A stretch of DNA of 64,000 nucleotides from Ophelia neglecta (Eukaryota), in contig OZ260663.1 of NCBI GenBank assembly GCA_965285935.1, forward strand, positions 32,426,001-32,490,000. Direction: 5' to 3'. A model generated the notes under the pieces. The model was not told the DNA's origin and did no database searches. It worked only from the letters and a program-made list of their open reading frames with translations. Both the position numbers and the translations under genes were made by a program. Position 1 is the stretch's first letter. The number at the start of each line of letters is the position of its first letter. This document shows positions 48,801 to 59,615 of the stretch, in pieces.

Positions 48801-50367
48801 TTAAAAAAAAGCGGTTCAATATGTCTATAATTTTATGGTCAATAATTGTAGGTATCTAATTCAAATATGGATAATGATAATCAAATTTTATTTAGGTATA
48901 CAGGTACAGGGTAAACCATAATACTGGTAATTTGGATCCAATTTTCCAACCATGCAGTATATTTTAAAACAATGAAAATTGAACCAATACCATTATTGAG
49001 GTCTTTTATGGATTCCTTGTCACTCCCGCTCATCACAACAGACAGGCCCGTTGGTCCTGTGATATAAGCTTGCCACGTAGAGAAGCTGCCATACTCCTGA
49101 CAGGGGAAAAAAGAGCGGTTGTTGATCCACATGGCCGCAGAATACACACAGGGTCTGAAATTAAATTCAAAGTGTCCCGATACTTTAAGACAAGTTCTTT
49201 CAAGTCAAAAGGCTAAGTCAAAATCAGTATACATTTCCCTCTGGTCCATCTGTTCCATCATGTTCAATCGTTAGCACTGAATGAGTTAAGGCCATGTTGT
49301 GAAGGGAGGGGGGGGGGGGGGGGGGAGGCGGGCGGACAGATCCAGAATAATCACTAAGTGGTGGTGGTGGTGGTGGGGGTGGAATTAAATTTAGTTAAGG
49401 GTGGGGGGAGCATTTTATGTTGCCCTGGGGAGGGAGGGATGTCTGGTAATGGAGTTAAGGGGAGTCAACCAATTTTAGCATAAAAAGGTGCCATAGTTAA
49501 ACCTAGGTCAGTTCTGTACCCACTAAAAACATAATTTGGAACGGGTTCTCCATGCTGCATATCATTTTGAAATTTGTGGCAATATATTTTTATTTTTGCT
49601 TGTCCCCCCCCCCTCTCTCTCTCATTGACTGTAAAACTATTTTAATCCAACAAATATAAAATGAAGGTCCATCTGTGTATATACAGACTACTCTACCTGT
49701 TATCCTGGTCCATTGTCCACCTGAGTGATGCTCCATGGGCTTTAGTTTGGTAATATATTTTGACTATTGGAGGGAAACACTCTGCTGAACTGATACCGTC
49801 CTTCCAAATGTTAACATACCACTTTTGTACAGAAAACCTAATTTGTGGGCCACGACTACATCTGAACTGTGAAAACAAATTTTCATTTTCTACAGTCATT
49901 CCACACTGCAGTGACTGTTTTAACTCTGAAGGCACACACAGTTCTTCGACTTTTGAAATTTCTAAATCACAACAATCTAAGACTAAAACAAAATGGTTGT
50001 TAAAGCCTTCATCAGTGTCTTCAGTATGCCCATGTTTATCCTTGCCTGACTCAAAATTATCACCTTTCTTATATTTAACTTCAGAGGGGACAGTATTACT
50101 TTTGTAATGTTTCTCATTTGTTTCCAGTTTGTCAGGTGGTTGGGTTTTTGAGTTAATCCTCCTACTGTCAGAAGAGGTCTTTTGGAAGTCATTTATGCTA
50201 AATACACATTTTGAATTCTGATTTGCTAGAACTGGATCCAAGAAAAGTGTGATTGAGCCATTAAAGCAGTGTTGATCAAAATGGCAGGTCAAGTCTAATG
50301 CAAAATGCCTAACAAGAATGTCATTGGTGTTTGCATGAAGTGGCAAATCCTTGTCATGTGAATCCAT
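18647..50367 (-). CDS. AOPEP: Aminopeptidase O (M1 zinc metallopeptidase), 15 coding exons, ~780 aa if repaired; two exons frameshifted as assembled
   Basis: Spliced translation gives DLPLHAN..ILVRHFALDL, RPCVY..INNRSFFPCQE, MPLPSFTLAIAVG, HEISHFWWGLLIGAKDWTEEWLSEGFATYLED, NGINPDKLFNQVHYLKGYFLL, VRHRWCELVIKH and DQAMGVYLYGE. These match AP-O motifs as I recall them from vertebrate AOPEP. All intron phases are consistent except at the two frameshifted exons. Confidence 0.93.
21030..22070 (-). mobile_element. Degraded Ty3/Gypsy pol (RT + RNase H) in the last AOPEP intron
   Basis: Fragments LDITLAYYQI, GFITRDGMFVYVTMSMGMIKAGATW, YLVYLEDL..SSFEEH, FLGRIMS, LDMDACDVSI..VCQ and NYYVTEREFL follow Gypsy RT/RH motif order. 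Many stops and frameshifts. Confidence 0.75.
22165..22251 (-). CDS. AOPEP: AOPEP coding exon 14 (VRHRWCELVIKHKYSPGFEDVRHFLINDQ)
   Basis: ctgttgcag| ... CAA|gtaagg; 87 nt, phase 0-0. Confidence 0.92.
23248..23327 (-). pseudogene. tRNA-Arg(TCG)-derived relic (pseudogene or SINE head)
   Basis: The minus strand reads gccacgtggagtagtccataagacgtaggacttcgg...gttcaaaccc. It has an A-box-like segment, an acttcgg anticodon loop and a B box. Acceptor-stem pairing is broken and extra bases follow the anticodon. Confidence 0.5.
23430..24120 (-). mobile_element. Degraded BEL/Pao-like integrase fragment
   Basis: Broken frames give ..LRHVIR*CEIC..HGRP..P then TLCGLNFTGEL, resembling the zinc finger and G(L/V)DF(A/T)GP start of the BEL integrase core. 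Confidence 0.5.
24580..24756. mobile_element. Tc1/mariner-like MITE
   Basis: ta|CAGTGAAA...TTTTACTG|ta termini with TA flanks. Confidence 0.5.
25744..25859 (-). CDS. AOPEP: AOPEP coding exon 13 (LETNQLVLLLEDLL.../..KTLRALQDFYKLSESNAD), 1-nt frameshift
   Basis: attttcag| ... GAT|gtaagt; 116 nt. The first and second halves are in different frames. Confidence 0.85.
26396..26713 (+). repeat. 35/37-bp minisatellite, 9 units, with a 107-bp higher-order duplication
   Basis: Unit ttgtcaagtc(c/a)cata(c/t)cacacatattaccatacc; units 3-5 equal units 6-8. Explains the overlapping repetitive ORFs at 26389-26744. Confidence 0.95.
26717..27574. mobile_element. GTAATT-rich hAT-like MITE remnant, interrupted by the Academ-like element
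   Basis: Inverted arrays of aattac/gtaatt motifs on both sides. The right terminus is ...gtaattgccccaggcctg (CAGG terminus); no left terminus found. Confidence 0.5.
26779..27349 (+). mobile_element. Non-autonomous AcademH-like DNA transposon, copy 1 (571 bp)
   Basis: Termini TAGTCTT...AAGACTA. Perfect 9-bp TSD AACTAAACC at 26770-26778 and 27350-27358. Highly similar to 59616-60220. Confidence 0.85.
27575..27712 (+). repeat. Second block of the same 35-bp minisatellite (~4 units)
   Basis: Same unit as 26396-26713. Confidence 0.95.
29030..29520. mobile_element. TGACCTT/AAGGTCA-rich dispersed repeat with internal subrepeats and an acagacgga tail
   Basis: Three related subunits (aaggtcacc..gga(a/t)tccttgtttatgattt). 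Related pieces at 38722-39615, 47810-47990 and 55590-55800. Family not assigned. Confidence 0.55.
32566..32655 (-). CDS. AOPEP: AOPEP coding exon 12 (VEKWKKWNWSLKKKNKSVKRQKQDAPHFEK), basic patch
   Basis: cttgctag| ... AAG|gtgagt; 90 nt, phase 0-0. Confidence 0.85.
33405..35088. mobile_element. 1.68-kb TIR DNA transposon with 7-bp TSD, superfamily unassigned
   Basis: ~30-bp imperfect TIRs CTGGAACCACTAAACTAAGGACTCGC / GCGAGTCCTTTGGTTTGGTTGTTCCAG. Direct repeat ACGTGGC at 33398-33404 and 35089-35095. Confidence 0.75.
33741..34528 (+). repeat. ~202-bp tandem repeat, ~3.9 near-identical copies
   Basis: Unit starts (tacaggtgta..) at 33741, 33943, 34146 and 34348. Confidence 0.97.
35389..35565. 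mobile_element. Tc1/mariner-like MITE, degraded
   Basis: Right end gcaggtgtcactg|ta, left end gtgaaacttg, internal gaggtggtct motifs. Confidence 0.45.
35788..35847 (-). CDS. AOPEP: AOPEP coding exon 11 (ELTGFKPSPENPLFVTVNQE)
   Basis: tttctttcgtcttccag| ... GAG|gtaaaa; 60 nt, phase 0-0, fills the expected gap before VEKW. Confidence 0.75.
36812..37081 (+). repeat. 60-bp minisatellite, ~4.4 units
   Basis: Unit gctgacaggctgcaagtcagctgcagtaactgt..aag.ctgacaccat repeated at 36821, 36881, 36941, 37002 and partly at 37062. Confidence 0.9.
37943..38002. repeat. Imperfect (TA)n microsatellite
   Basis: Direct reading. Confidence 0.8.
38029..38092 (-). CDS. AOPEP: AOPEP coding exon 10 (EQGLSVPNMYSGWLDCPGLPK)
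   Basis: catttcag| ... AAG|gtaata; 64 nt. Contains the M1 'WL..PG.P' motif. Confidence 0.88.
38484..38524 (-). CDS. AOPEP: AOPEP coding exon 9 (DFLVMVFEFFPGL)
   Basis: atttctag| ... AA|gtaagt; 41 nt, phase 0->2. Confidence 0.8.
38722..39615. mobile_element. TGACCTT-rich dispersed repeat with internal subrepeats
   Basis: Recurrent tgacc(t)caaaat..atagggg tcatct..gtcatgacc..ctacc motifs. Confidence 0.6.
38786..38910 (+). repeat. 22-bp minisatellite, ~5.7 units
   Basis: tgggcagggactttggacacca repeated. Explains the repetitive ORFs at 38631-39062. Confidence 0.95.
40365..40462 (-). CDS. AOPEP: AOPEP coding exon 8 (GYFLLRHLS.../..VRHHGQMVSSH), frameshifted
   Basis: cccgtag| ... CAT|gtaagt; 98 nt. 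The conserved GYFLL and HGQ motifs are in different frames. Confidence 0.85.
41735..41843 (-). CDS. AOPEP: AOPEP coding exon 7 (..KNGINPDKLFNQVHYLK), ends at a GC donor
   Basis: tgtgtag| ... AAG|gcaaga; 109 nt. Carries the M1 catalytic Tyr (HYLKG). Confidence 0.85.
41979..42085 (-). CDS. AOPEP: AOPEP coding exon 6 (WSEREYHQQSELRAYLRYRVLLAELDNTDESLQTL)
   Basis: gatgtag| ... AG|gtagga; 107 nt, phase 0->2. Confidence 0.9.
42318..42504 (-). CDS. AOPEP: AOPEP coding exon 5 with zinc-binding HEISH-X18-E motif
   Basis: ttgcag| ... GAG|gttagg; 187 nt; HEISH FWWGLLIGAKDWTEEWLS E. Confidence 0.95.
47160..47399 (-). CDS. AOPEP: AOPEP coding exon 4 (..IPCRVF..LLGPSPFHRIDFVLFPSCSQDMAMC)
   Basis: atttcag| ... 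AA|gtgagt; 240 nt, phase 2->2. Confidence 0.9.
48528..48657 (-). CDS. AOPEP: AOPEP coding exon 3 (..SMPLPSFTLAIAVGYW..)
   Basis: catttcag| ... AG|gtatac; 130 nt, phase 1->2. Contains the M1 'MP.Y/F.LAIAVG' motif. Confidence 0.88.
48991..49154 (-). CDS. AOPEP: AOPEP coding exon 2 (RPCVYSAAMWINNRSFFPCQE...)
   Basis: tttcag| ... G|gtattg; 164 nt, phase 2->1. Confidence 0.9.
49697..50367 (-). CDS. AOPEP: AOPEP coding exon 1 (MDSHDKDLPLHANTNDILVRHF...SLRWTMDQDN)
   Basis: Acceptor tctttatag| at 50382/50381, ATG at 50367, donor AG|gtagag. 671 coding nt, phase 2. Confidence 0.9.
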
Positions 50368-51789
50368 CTTGTTTAATGAATCTATAAAGACAAACAATAT
50401 ACACATGTACAGTATATAATATTATGTGAATTTACAATTGGATCAAAATCAGAAACAAATGCTAATGGAGTCAATAACTGAACGTTGTTGTCAGATCTTG
50501 ACCTACTTTTTCAAGGCCAAAAGGTTAAAATCATAATTTATGCCCTTATTTTAGCAGTTAGAACCTAGAGTTACGTTGGGCACCTCAGGGAAAAATGTTC
50601 ACATTTCATCAATTGGGTAGTGAGGTTTTGCTTTGTGACATGGGTCAAAGGTGTGGGCTTGCGGGGGCAAGATTTGGCAGGTGTTCGGGGGGGGGGGGGG
50701 GGGGGTAGGGGATCTCAGCCCATCCCCTAAGTTTGGGATTTTTGTATCGGCTTTTCCAGTATGCCCAATATTAAGATGACTCTGCAAACCTTGACACAAT
50801 ATATGCACACTATTAGGACAATGTTTAAAATGATGCCACAATATGTGTACACTATTAGAATGATTTCTCAAATATTGTCACAATACATGTGTACAATATT
50901 AAAACTGGTTACTAATATTGCCACAAAATATGCATCATACGGGAACTTGTCATAAGAATTGTCATGATATTTTGACAAGTTTTCTTTTATTGTTACAGTA
51001 TTAACTCATAAATATATATATTGCAGGGTACCCTGTTCACAAAGACTGACCTATTAGACTGCTAGGATATCCAATTTGCAGCTAAGAAGCGCGATCAACT
51101 GGTAAATAAGCGATCCATTTGCTTTGTCATTCTATCAATGTATATAAAAAGTATTGTATAGATGTCAAAAAATCGTTCTGTACAAATAAAGTAATGTTTT
51201 TTTGAACTATTGCATTGTATTTACCGCCAAAGTCCATCGCTTTGCAGTCAAACAGCTATCATGTTAACAAACTGCCGATAACGGGGTGTTTACCCCTACC
51301 GATCATGTCAGCTGGAAATGACTACTGCGCGGGGATACAGTGAACTTAAAACAATTTTGCCCAAAACGATCTCGACCCACAGTAATTGAGGGACAAATGG
51401 ACAGACCATTTCTCAAGCACAAGTGCCTGTGAGTGCCATTATCCATAAATTTAGGGTTTGTTAGTTAGATGGGTTTGTAGAATAATGTCACACAGTTCTA
51501 AGGACTATCATCTGTCGAGATCACCACTGGTCGAAATCGTTTTGGTTCGAAATCGCCTGTATACTCCTGTGCGTTCAAAAGAAGTAAGCCACCGCGCCAA
51601 GTTCGCGGGCCCGAAGCAGTAGGTTAACCACCACGCACGGTTAACATTAGATCCGGTAGTTAGCACCCGGATGTTGTGCAATTTCCCTAGTTCGCGACCA
51701 CCGTTGCAACCAAAAGTTAACAAACTGCCGATAACGAACTTCACCCTGTGCAGATAGGAAAAGTACGGAATAGAAAATTTAAGTAGTTA

Positions 51790-52220
51790 AAGCTTACATA
51801 TAAAGTACCAATACGCATAGTATGGTAAGCTATAGAGCACGAGCCTGCCTAAACAGAGCAATTAAACAAATAGACCTACTAAATAAAGTAATTAAATAAA
51901 TATATCCCGTAGGTATTAAATACGCAGTTGATACTTGTTAAATTTCGTGCTTTCCGTGTAGGATTCGTATTATGTTGGGAGGAATAAAAGTTCGATGGAG
52001 GACAACCGTGTTGACAGTGTGCAGTAAACCACGCGCGACAATAAACATGGCCTCAACGAACAGGATGTAAATGACAACTTCGCCAAACCTTCATTTATGT
52101 AAGTTGTCGTTATTTTCCACTAGTGTAATTAAAGAGAAATGTGCAACATGTATCAGGTAATTAAATGTAATACTTTAAATATGAAGTGTTTAGCAGCTTA
52201 AGCTTCTTCGCCATTTTGTA
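51790..52220. promoter_or_regulatory. Putative bidirectional promoter / first-exon region (AOPEP on minus, unknown transcript on plus)
   Basis: CpG-enriched stretch about 1.4 kb upstream of the AOPEP acceptor at 50381. Outward-facing donors: minus gtaagc at 51797 and plus gtaagt at 52099. YY1-like aaacatggc at 52043 and cgccatttt at 52210. Confidence 0.4.
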
Positions 52221-53673
52221 GGTCGCAAGAAAGTTGAGTCAAAGTATTGACTCAAAACATCATTGTGTTACACACAGCACCATAGTGTAACAACTCACAC
52301 GAAAGTCACAATGTAGACCTGGACCTTCTTTGAGAGCAGTTCTTTCTTTCAAATGAGAAGTGCCAATAGCTTATATTAAAAAGTAGGGACTTTTGGGTAA
52401 AGTTGCTGTTAAATTGGGACGGGGATAAACCATAAGTGGGTCAGCCATAGTCGAGATAAAAAAGTGTTTCCCAACTTCAGAACTTTGAAGAAGAACACAA
52501 AAGTTTGTTTAGGCCTAAGCTTGTAATGAAATTCCTTGTTTGTCCACACACAAAATTTGCCGCAGCCAACTCTAACTCTTCCCCCCCCCCTTTTTTTTCC
52601 TCCCACTCCTGCCCTGGCACATTCCCACTCCAGCCCATCCCTTCCTTTACCAACCAACACTTAGTCTCAAATGCACCCCCCCCCCCAATCCATCCGCATC
52701 CCTCTCACTCCTACCCCCCCCCCCCTCCTTCCTGTGCCCCCCCACCCTCCTCCCAATTTACACACCATATCTATGATATGTGCTTGGAAATACTGTTTAG
52801 GGGAAAAAAGGGTGACATCAAAACCATGAAAGTGGGTGAAAATATATATAAGCTAGGGGACGCCACCAACTGTGGGTTGTGGTAAAAAAAAATATGATAA
52901 GATCAAACTAATCAAAGGTGCTTTAATCCAAAGAAATTTACATTTTTTGCACACGCCTTTTAGGCGCTTTGTTTCCAAACACCACTCATCAGAAAGAAAG
53001 TGCACTCACCCAGATAAAAAAAAAAGCAAAAAAACAGGTACATTTTCCAATGGTTTCAGTTACAAAAATGACTAATACCAAATTATATTTCCAGGTTGGA
53101 AATATCAGCAATTTTGTTCTTGTACTATGTTGCACATGTTGATGAAATTGGGTATCAGTGTATTTTCTGACTGAAAACATACACCACCAATTTATTATGA
53201 TTAGTTCAGTTAGCTTTAGAACATATTAGCCAAACACAAAAGCTAACTACTTCTTTCGTAGCAATTTCTTTATATGGATATTTTCTTTATGCAATCCACA
53301 TCACTGTGCTAATTTGCCTGATATCGGTTTGTTCAGATTTGTTTATGTCAAGTAATAGTTTTAAAGTCACTAATGGAATGTCCGATGCAGACACCTATTT
53401 GCTGTGCATTTTCAAATAGGCCAACATAATAAACAAAAGTGCACTGGAGCCATATCCATTATGACTGTAGTCACACAACTCAAAGCTAAAAAATTGAAAT
53501 GATGTGTCTGTATACTGACACACCATTCAGTATGCAGTAACAGGCAATGCAACTTCAAAATGTTATCCTAATTTCACATAATATGATGTCCCTTGTTTGT
53601 CCACATTGTATCATGGCAAGGCAGCCATTTTACAGGAAATAGCCTACTATGATTGAAGTAAAGTTAGAGACAG

Positions 53674-53923
53674 CAGGGGTCTACACTAACTTTTCTTAGC
53701 ACTTGCCCTGAGGGCAAGTAGCACCAGGAAACTACTTGCCCGCACCATAGGCTTACTGTCCAAAAAATATTTGTACATATAAAATAAACAAGATATCCAA
53801 CAATTGACGATTTGGGGAATTTTAGCAGGTTGCCCGGCGGGAAGTTAGTAACTAAAACCTTTGTGCCCGCAAGCAGATTTGAGGTGCCCCGGGACTTTGG
53901 GCAATAGTCAGTGTAGACCCCTG
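53674..53923. mobile_element. 250-bp hAT-like MITE
   Basis: 18-bp TIRs CAGGGGTCTACACT(A/G)ACT and internal ttgccc/gggcaa subterminal motifs. No clean 8-bp TSD. Confidence 0.7.
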
Positions 53924-54783
53924 GACAAACCCGAAACCATCATTTTTCTGGCCTGGGCAATTTCCTGGACATCAGCCATCAAAACACTTTATTAAATAAG
54001 TTTGGAAGGATTTCAACTCACCCTCCGGGCGAGTTGCTTCAAAACTGATCTCCCCTGGCAAATTTTGAGCATGCAGGCGATTGCTTTTATTGCTGTATAT
54101 CAGCAACATGGAAAGCAAGCAAACACAGAAACTTTCCTCCCCCTGGCCCTTGACTAAAATCAAACATGTTTACCCAGGTATAAAGACTGTAAGCAGCAAA
54201 GGAATGCTAAGAAAGTACAAAGAGGCGTGTTTAATGACCTCAGCTGACTGGTAATATTAGCTTTGCAACTGTTTTTTGTTACCAATAGAGTTGACCCAAG
54301 TTGTGCCAAAGCAACTCTTCTTTATGGCATGATGGAAAGCGGATAATGCAATGACAGACTGTTATTCAGGAACCAACCCTTGTTTACGTCATGGCAGAAA
54401 GCAGGCAACGCAAAGGCAAAAGAACATTCCGGAATCTCCCCCCCCCCCCACCCCCCACCCCTTCCACAGATGCCTCCCTTCATAAAAACATGCATGTTCA
54501 AACTTTTCATCCACTGAAGTCTCAAAAAACGTGGATCAAGACAGTTTGGACATAAAGCAATGAGTAGCAAAAAGTTGGTGTCGAACCATTGATAATTTTT
54601 TGAGAATTCACAGGCACAATGGGCTATTATATATATAATAGTTCATTAGTGATGGGGGGAGATCTCTGAGCCAATGCCAACCAATTCTATTAGTTTATTG
54701 AAACTTCAATGATCAATTATAATTGAGTACTTTAAAACAGGATAAATACAGGCAAAATACTATTGATTGGCCACTTTTTTTTA

Positions 54784-54941
54784 GGGCCCCTCCGAAGAAG
54801 GGCCACCTGCAATGGCAGGACTGTCTTTGAATTCTCACATCCTATCTTTTCCATGTTAAAGTACCTCCCACCAAAGGCCTCCTCAATCTAGAGCCACTTT
54901 TCTTAGGATTTAGGGGTGGCCCTACTTTGCAGGGACCATTG
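54784..54941 (-). mobile_element. Inverted, truncated copy of the 60349-60528 MITE
   Basis: The reverse complement aligns along its length (ggcccctccga..gggccacctgc..ttttccatgttaaa..ggggtggccctac..gcagggacca). Confidence 0.75.
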
Positions 54942-57900
54942 TATTTAAGCAACATCTATTATCTCATGGTTAAACAAAACTGACTGGCATTTTATTAATT
55001 TCATTCTGATCCATTAATTTGAGTAAAGTTAACTAATTTTGCAATATTGGAGATTTTGTTAGATGTCCAGCATTACGGCTTAGAATTTTTTCCCATAAAA
55101 CTATGTTCCCAGGTTGAATTTTAAACTCAACGTTTCTTTTTAACTCAAATAAGTAATTCCCAGTTCCAATAATTGAGTGTGAATGTCAAACTAATGATGC
55201 TTTCATGTGAAAGTAACTTGACCCTACTTGACCACACAACCCATTCTTTAGATTAATTAAATGATTTAAAATATTCACAACTCCTCTTTCATGGTCTTTG
55301 TTGTGTTCCAATGCCTTCCATTGAATTAATCATAAAGGGAAAAGGAAAAAAAATTGAACTTTATGTCTGGCCATAATCATATTTTCCCTGTGATCTTTTT
55401 TTATGTGACACAAACTAAATCACAATTGTCTGATATTCTAAACCACACATGTGAACATTATAATAAGTTTGAATTCAACTCTTTCAACACTACAGCCTTC
55501 TACAGAGGGCAGATACCCCTTTAGTTACAGATATTCTGAGTAAAAAGGGTTAAAGGTGCAATATATGATAAGCTGAATTCATCATATTGGTACTTTAACC
55601 TTGATAATGAACACTAAGGTCAAATGGGAAAACTCGATGAGAATAATGTTTTTCCATATAGGTTCCCAATGTACTTCTAGCCTCTTACTGCTCAAATTAA
55701 GGCTGAATTTGTCATTTTTGTAATTTGACCTTGAAACTTAACACCAAGTTCAAATCAGAGAACTCAAGAAGATGCAAAAAATGTGGATTTCTATAGGTTA
55801 TCAATGAAAAATGCAAAGCAAGGGGGAAAATCAGTATATTTACATGTGTGTCAAAGCCATTTTGTCCCTTGATTTGAAGGCTTAAAACTCAAAAATATGT
55901 CTGCTAAATAATTTATTTGTAATAATAAGCCAACAAATTATACAGGAAAAGTTTTAATAGAAAACACCAGTATATAAATTGTTTTTTCTTCTTCTTAACT
56001 AGACAACATTAGGCTAGGGATTGAGGCCAAGGTCTGGCTTTAGTGTACACAGGAACAAATACGAATGGATCATATATCTTGACAGTTGTTCACATGATAT
56101 CTGTCATGATCTGTAGTGTTAACAGAATAATGGTTTGTTTGTCGACATGAAAGGAATAATCGGTGCGCTATGAAATTACTGAATGCCTGTGTAGTATGTA
56201 CCCAGTGGGGATTTGTCTGCTTTATCTGATCTCCATCTATGTCATGTGTCATGGGAATTATAATCATTAGTAAACCAAGCTAATCAGTGGAAACTTAACT
56301 ATAAAAAAAGACTTCATTGCTAAATCAGTATGGTGATTGACATATGACAGTGCTCTGTTCAGAAGTGCAGACACCATCTACACATACTGCTGATAACAGT
56401 TTGTTTATCCCTATACAATCAGTGTATATAGCTCCAGGAGTAGGTGAGCCCCTATTGTCTATGGTGTAAGTGTCAGCAGGTGCTTTCTTTTTATGTTTCT
56501 CCACCTTTGCTGAGTCAACCATATTGTAAGGTTATACCATTTACAAAGTGTTTTAAGTGACTCATGTGTAGCATGAATATGTGTAGTGGGTACAGTCTTT
56601 AAAATACCTTACAACTAACAAGCAACTTACTTCAACTCTGATACAAAGCAAATTTAAAATCCTCTTGCTGTATTATGCTGAAATCAGTTAATACTGGGCC
56701 CTATAGAAGCTTAACCTAATTTGTATCTTCAAAACGCATGATATTATAGACTGCTTTTTTCTTTAAATATTGACAGAGGTGTCCTGTACTCATGACACTG
56801 TAGCTGTTGATTGTGTGGGGGTAAAGGTTTAGTCAGCAGACTTCCTCTTCTTAATTCGCAGTAAATTCTTGCCTCATGTATTTGTGCATATACATGCATG
56901 TAACCTGGTAACCAATAAAATGGAAAAAAATTGAATCTAGGGTTGCTTTGTATTGCAGCACAGTTTATAAGTAAATGCTGTTGATAAAAAGACAAACAGG
57001 TTGCAATGGAAATTAACCCCCAAATACCCAGATTGTTCAAGTTGGCGAGGCCCTAGATCAGAAAAGATCCTGTTCAAGGATAAAAATAGTGAAGTGGCAT
57101 TGCATTTAAAACTACAAGAGATAAGGACAACCAACCCAGTTAGTGGACTGTTTAACCTGAACTGGTGTCTAATTAAATGCAATATTTTCAGCCCTACTTA
57201 TCATGTAATTTGATACTTGAACTAATGAAAACAAGAAAAAACCCTGAAATTTAGGTGTTCATACACAGGCACTTAAAGTACCACACACGGACCCAACCAG
57301 CAACAGTGTTTGTAACTCTTTCAGAAAAAAGACACTTTTATCATCCCACTTCAACATTTGTGGGTGATTTCTATAATGTCGCAAAGTGAATATGAGTTGA
57401 TTTACATGTATTTGTGACGTTATGCTGGCCACCGTAAATCACTTTACTACGCACATACTCAAAAAGCTGATATGGTGCATGCGTCTGCCGCTGGGGTTTT
57501 AAGTTGTCCAAGCAGTGCAACTGATGGTACTGTATTACTGATTCCTAGTATCACAGTTTCCTTTAGCCAACTTTCACTGAATCTTTTAGCCTCAATACAT
57601 AAAAGATCATCTTCATTGTTGATATGCATAAAAATGCCTACCAATAAAAGCTATAAAAGATAATTGTCCATGTAGAATGATTGAATCCCCTTCACAGCAA
57701 GATATCTAGAGGCCTGGTTTATATAACGCAGAAACCTAACTCGTTCTAATAAGCATGTGTGTGTTCAAAACCTTTGCACATTGGTTTAAGTTTTTTAGGC
57801 AAGGCTGCAAATGCTTTGAGGACCAACCCCTAGTATGAGTATTTGAGAGCAGTTTTTAAGGCCAAATCGTTTTTTCGGAGTGCCACACATCTATAGTACA

Positions 57901-59615
57901 TTTATTACTTATTGCAGAACATATGAAACTAATAAGAACTTAACCAGGGATACTGTGATTATTACTTGACGAAAATATATCAGTCAATAAATCTATCAAA
58001 TGGAAAACATGCAATTTGTTTAGTGAGAATGTCAATATTCAGCAGTGTAAGGTTCAAAATAAGCATTAAATATGCTTAAAGTAATGATTGGGGCTACACC
58101 TTGTTGAGGTTTTGTCAGTCTCAGGTAAAAGGTCCTCAAGCTAAAAGTCAAGTATTAAAATGAGGTAATGTAAGTGTGTTATACAATGTTATTAGCACTA
58201 GTGCAATTTTAATAGCAGTCCTGTGTAGCTGCATTCATGACTAGACCAGTATAAGTGTTGATTAATAGATGGTCCCAGGAAGTTGTGATCCACAACGCAT
58301 TCAATCTTGACTTTGACAGGTGTGGCAACCCTTTTTTTATGCATACACGTACATGGTTACAAAGCCATAAATTTTGTTTTCTTTATGTTGAATGACAGCT
58401 TCTTTTGTTTCTACCAATGACTTACTTTTGAAAGATGTGTGTTTATATATGTTTTAATTGATATCATATTCATAAATGTGTCAATAAGTTAGGTTCCTAT
58501 CCCTTTAATAGAGCATGCGAGGCACTCGAGATGGTATTAACTGCATAGATATTAGTAAAAAATATACTGCTATACAAATACCATGTTAATGGGAAAAAAC
58601 AAGTATTAATCTTCTTGCGGCATAAAAAATATTACCAGTAGAATCAAACAAACATCGAGTGGGTATAAGTCGAATTTTTTGGCAGGCAAGTCTTCAGCCT
58701 TCATTAGGCCTTTAGTTGAAATTAGCCCCAATGGAGGCTGGCTAGCATGCAAAACAATTGACTGTTACTCTGTGCTTTGTCTTGTAATATGATATTGCCA
58801 CAATTGTTTCATATATTTAAGTAAAATCAGACATAAACTTTTGGCTGAGTTGAGGCGTTTTGATTTTTCAAGAATGCAACTACTTGTACATATATATGTA
58901 TGCCATCTTGACTGTACTGGAGGTATGCTATTCATGAAGGAATTCTTCATGGTATATCAATATTATATGTCTGCAAATCATATCCAGCCTTTTGGTACTT
59001 GCCATAGAAATTTTTTAGGGATGGTAAAGTATTTGGTTTTTTTTGAATGTGCATAAACATTGTTAAGTAGTCAATTGTATGATGTTCATATACATGTATG
59101 TCATACTACAATGTGCGTAATCTTAATATAACAGCAAGTTTATTGACTTCAAGGCTTCAGTCTGCAGATGGAATGCTTCTATCCACAGTGTGAGGCCATA
59201 AAAGGATATTTGCTGTTTATGTAGCAAATTCATGTTTTTTTATCAAATTGTTTTGCATTTTGCACAGAATAACTGACTATCCAGCTTCATTATAGTGCAT
59301 GCCCAAATGTGGTGTGCATGTACGTGTCAGAGTGCGTATATCCCTCTCTTCAGTCCTTTGAAAATAAGTTTGTAAAGTAAGCTTAAACTGATATCCAGGT
59401 ACTTGACATTATATAAACATGTATTGACTTCAAAAGGAATTACTCATGTACTCATTAATTTTCTTGATCAAATCATCAATACTTAAGACATTCATTCGTT
59501 CATATCTGTACATTGCTATATAGCACTCTATGATTTTGTGGTCATGGCAATATAATACTGTATATTTGAAACAGAGAAGAAACAATGACAATATTAGTCA
59601 GCCTGCAGCTTTGAG

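Noticed and set aside
49300-52760. Poly-G/poly-C tracts and a Pro-rich ORF (52505-52885)
   Set aside because: Low-complexity runs occur throughout the window, with no splice or homology support for coding.
57500-57575. Hairpin containing a miR-2-like seed (TATCACAG)
   Set aside because: The sequence after the seed does not match miR-2, the stem is short, and the opposite strand resembles a decayed LINE endonuclease (..FSESWLKET..).
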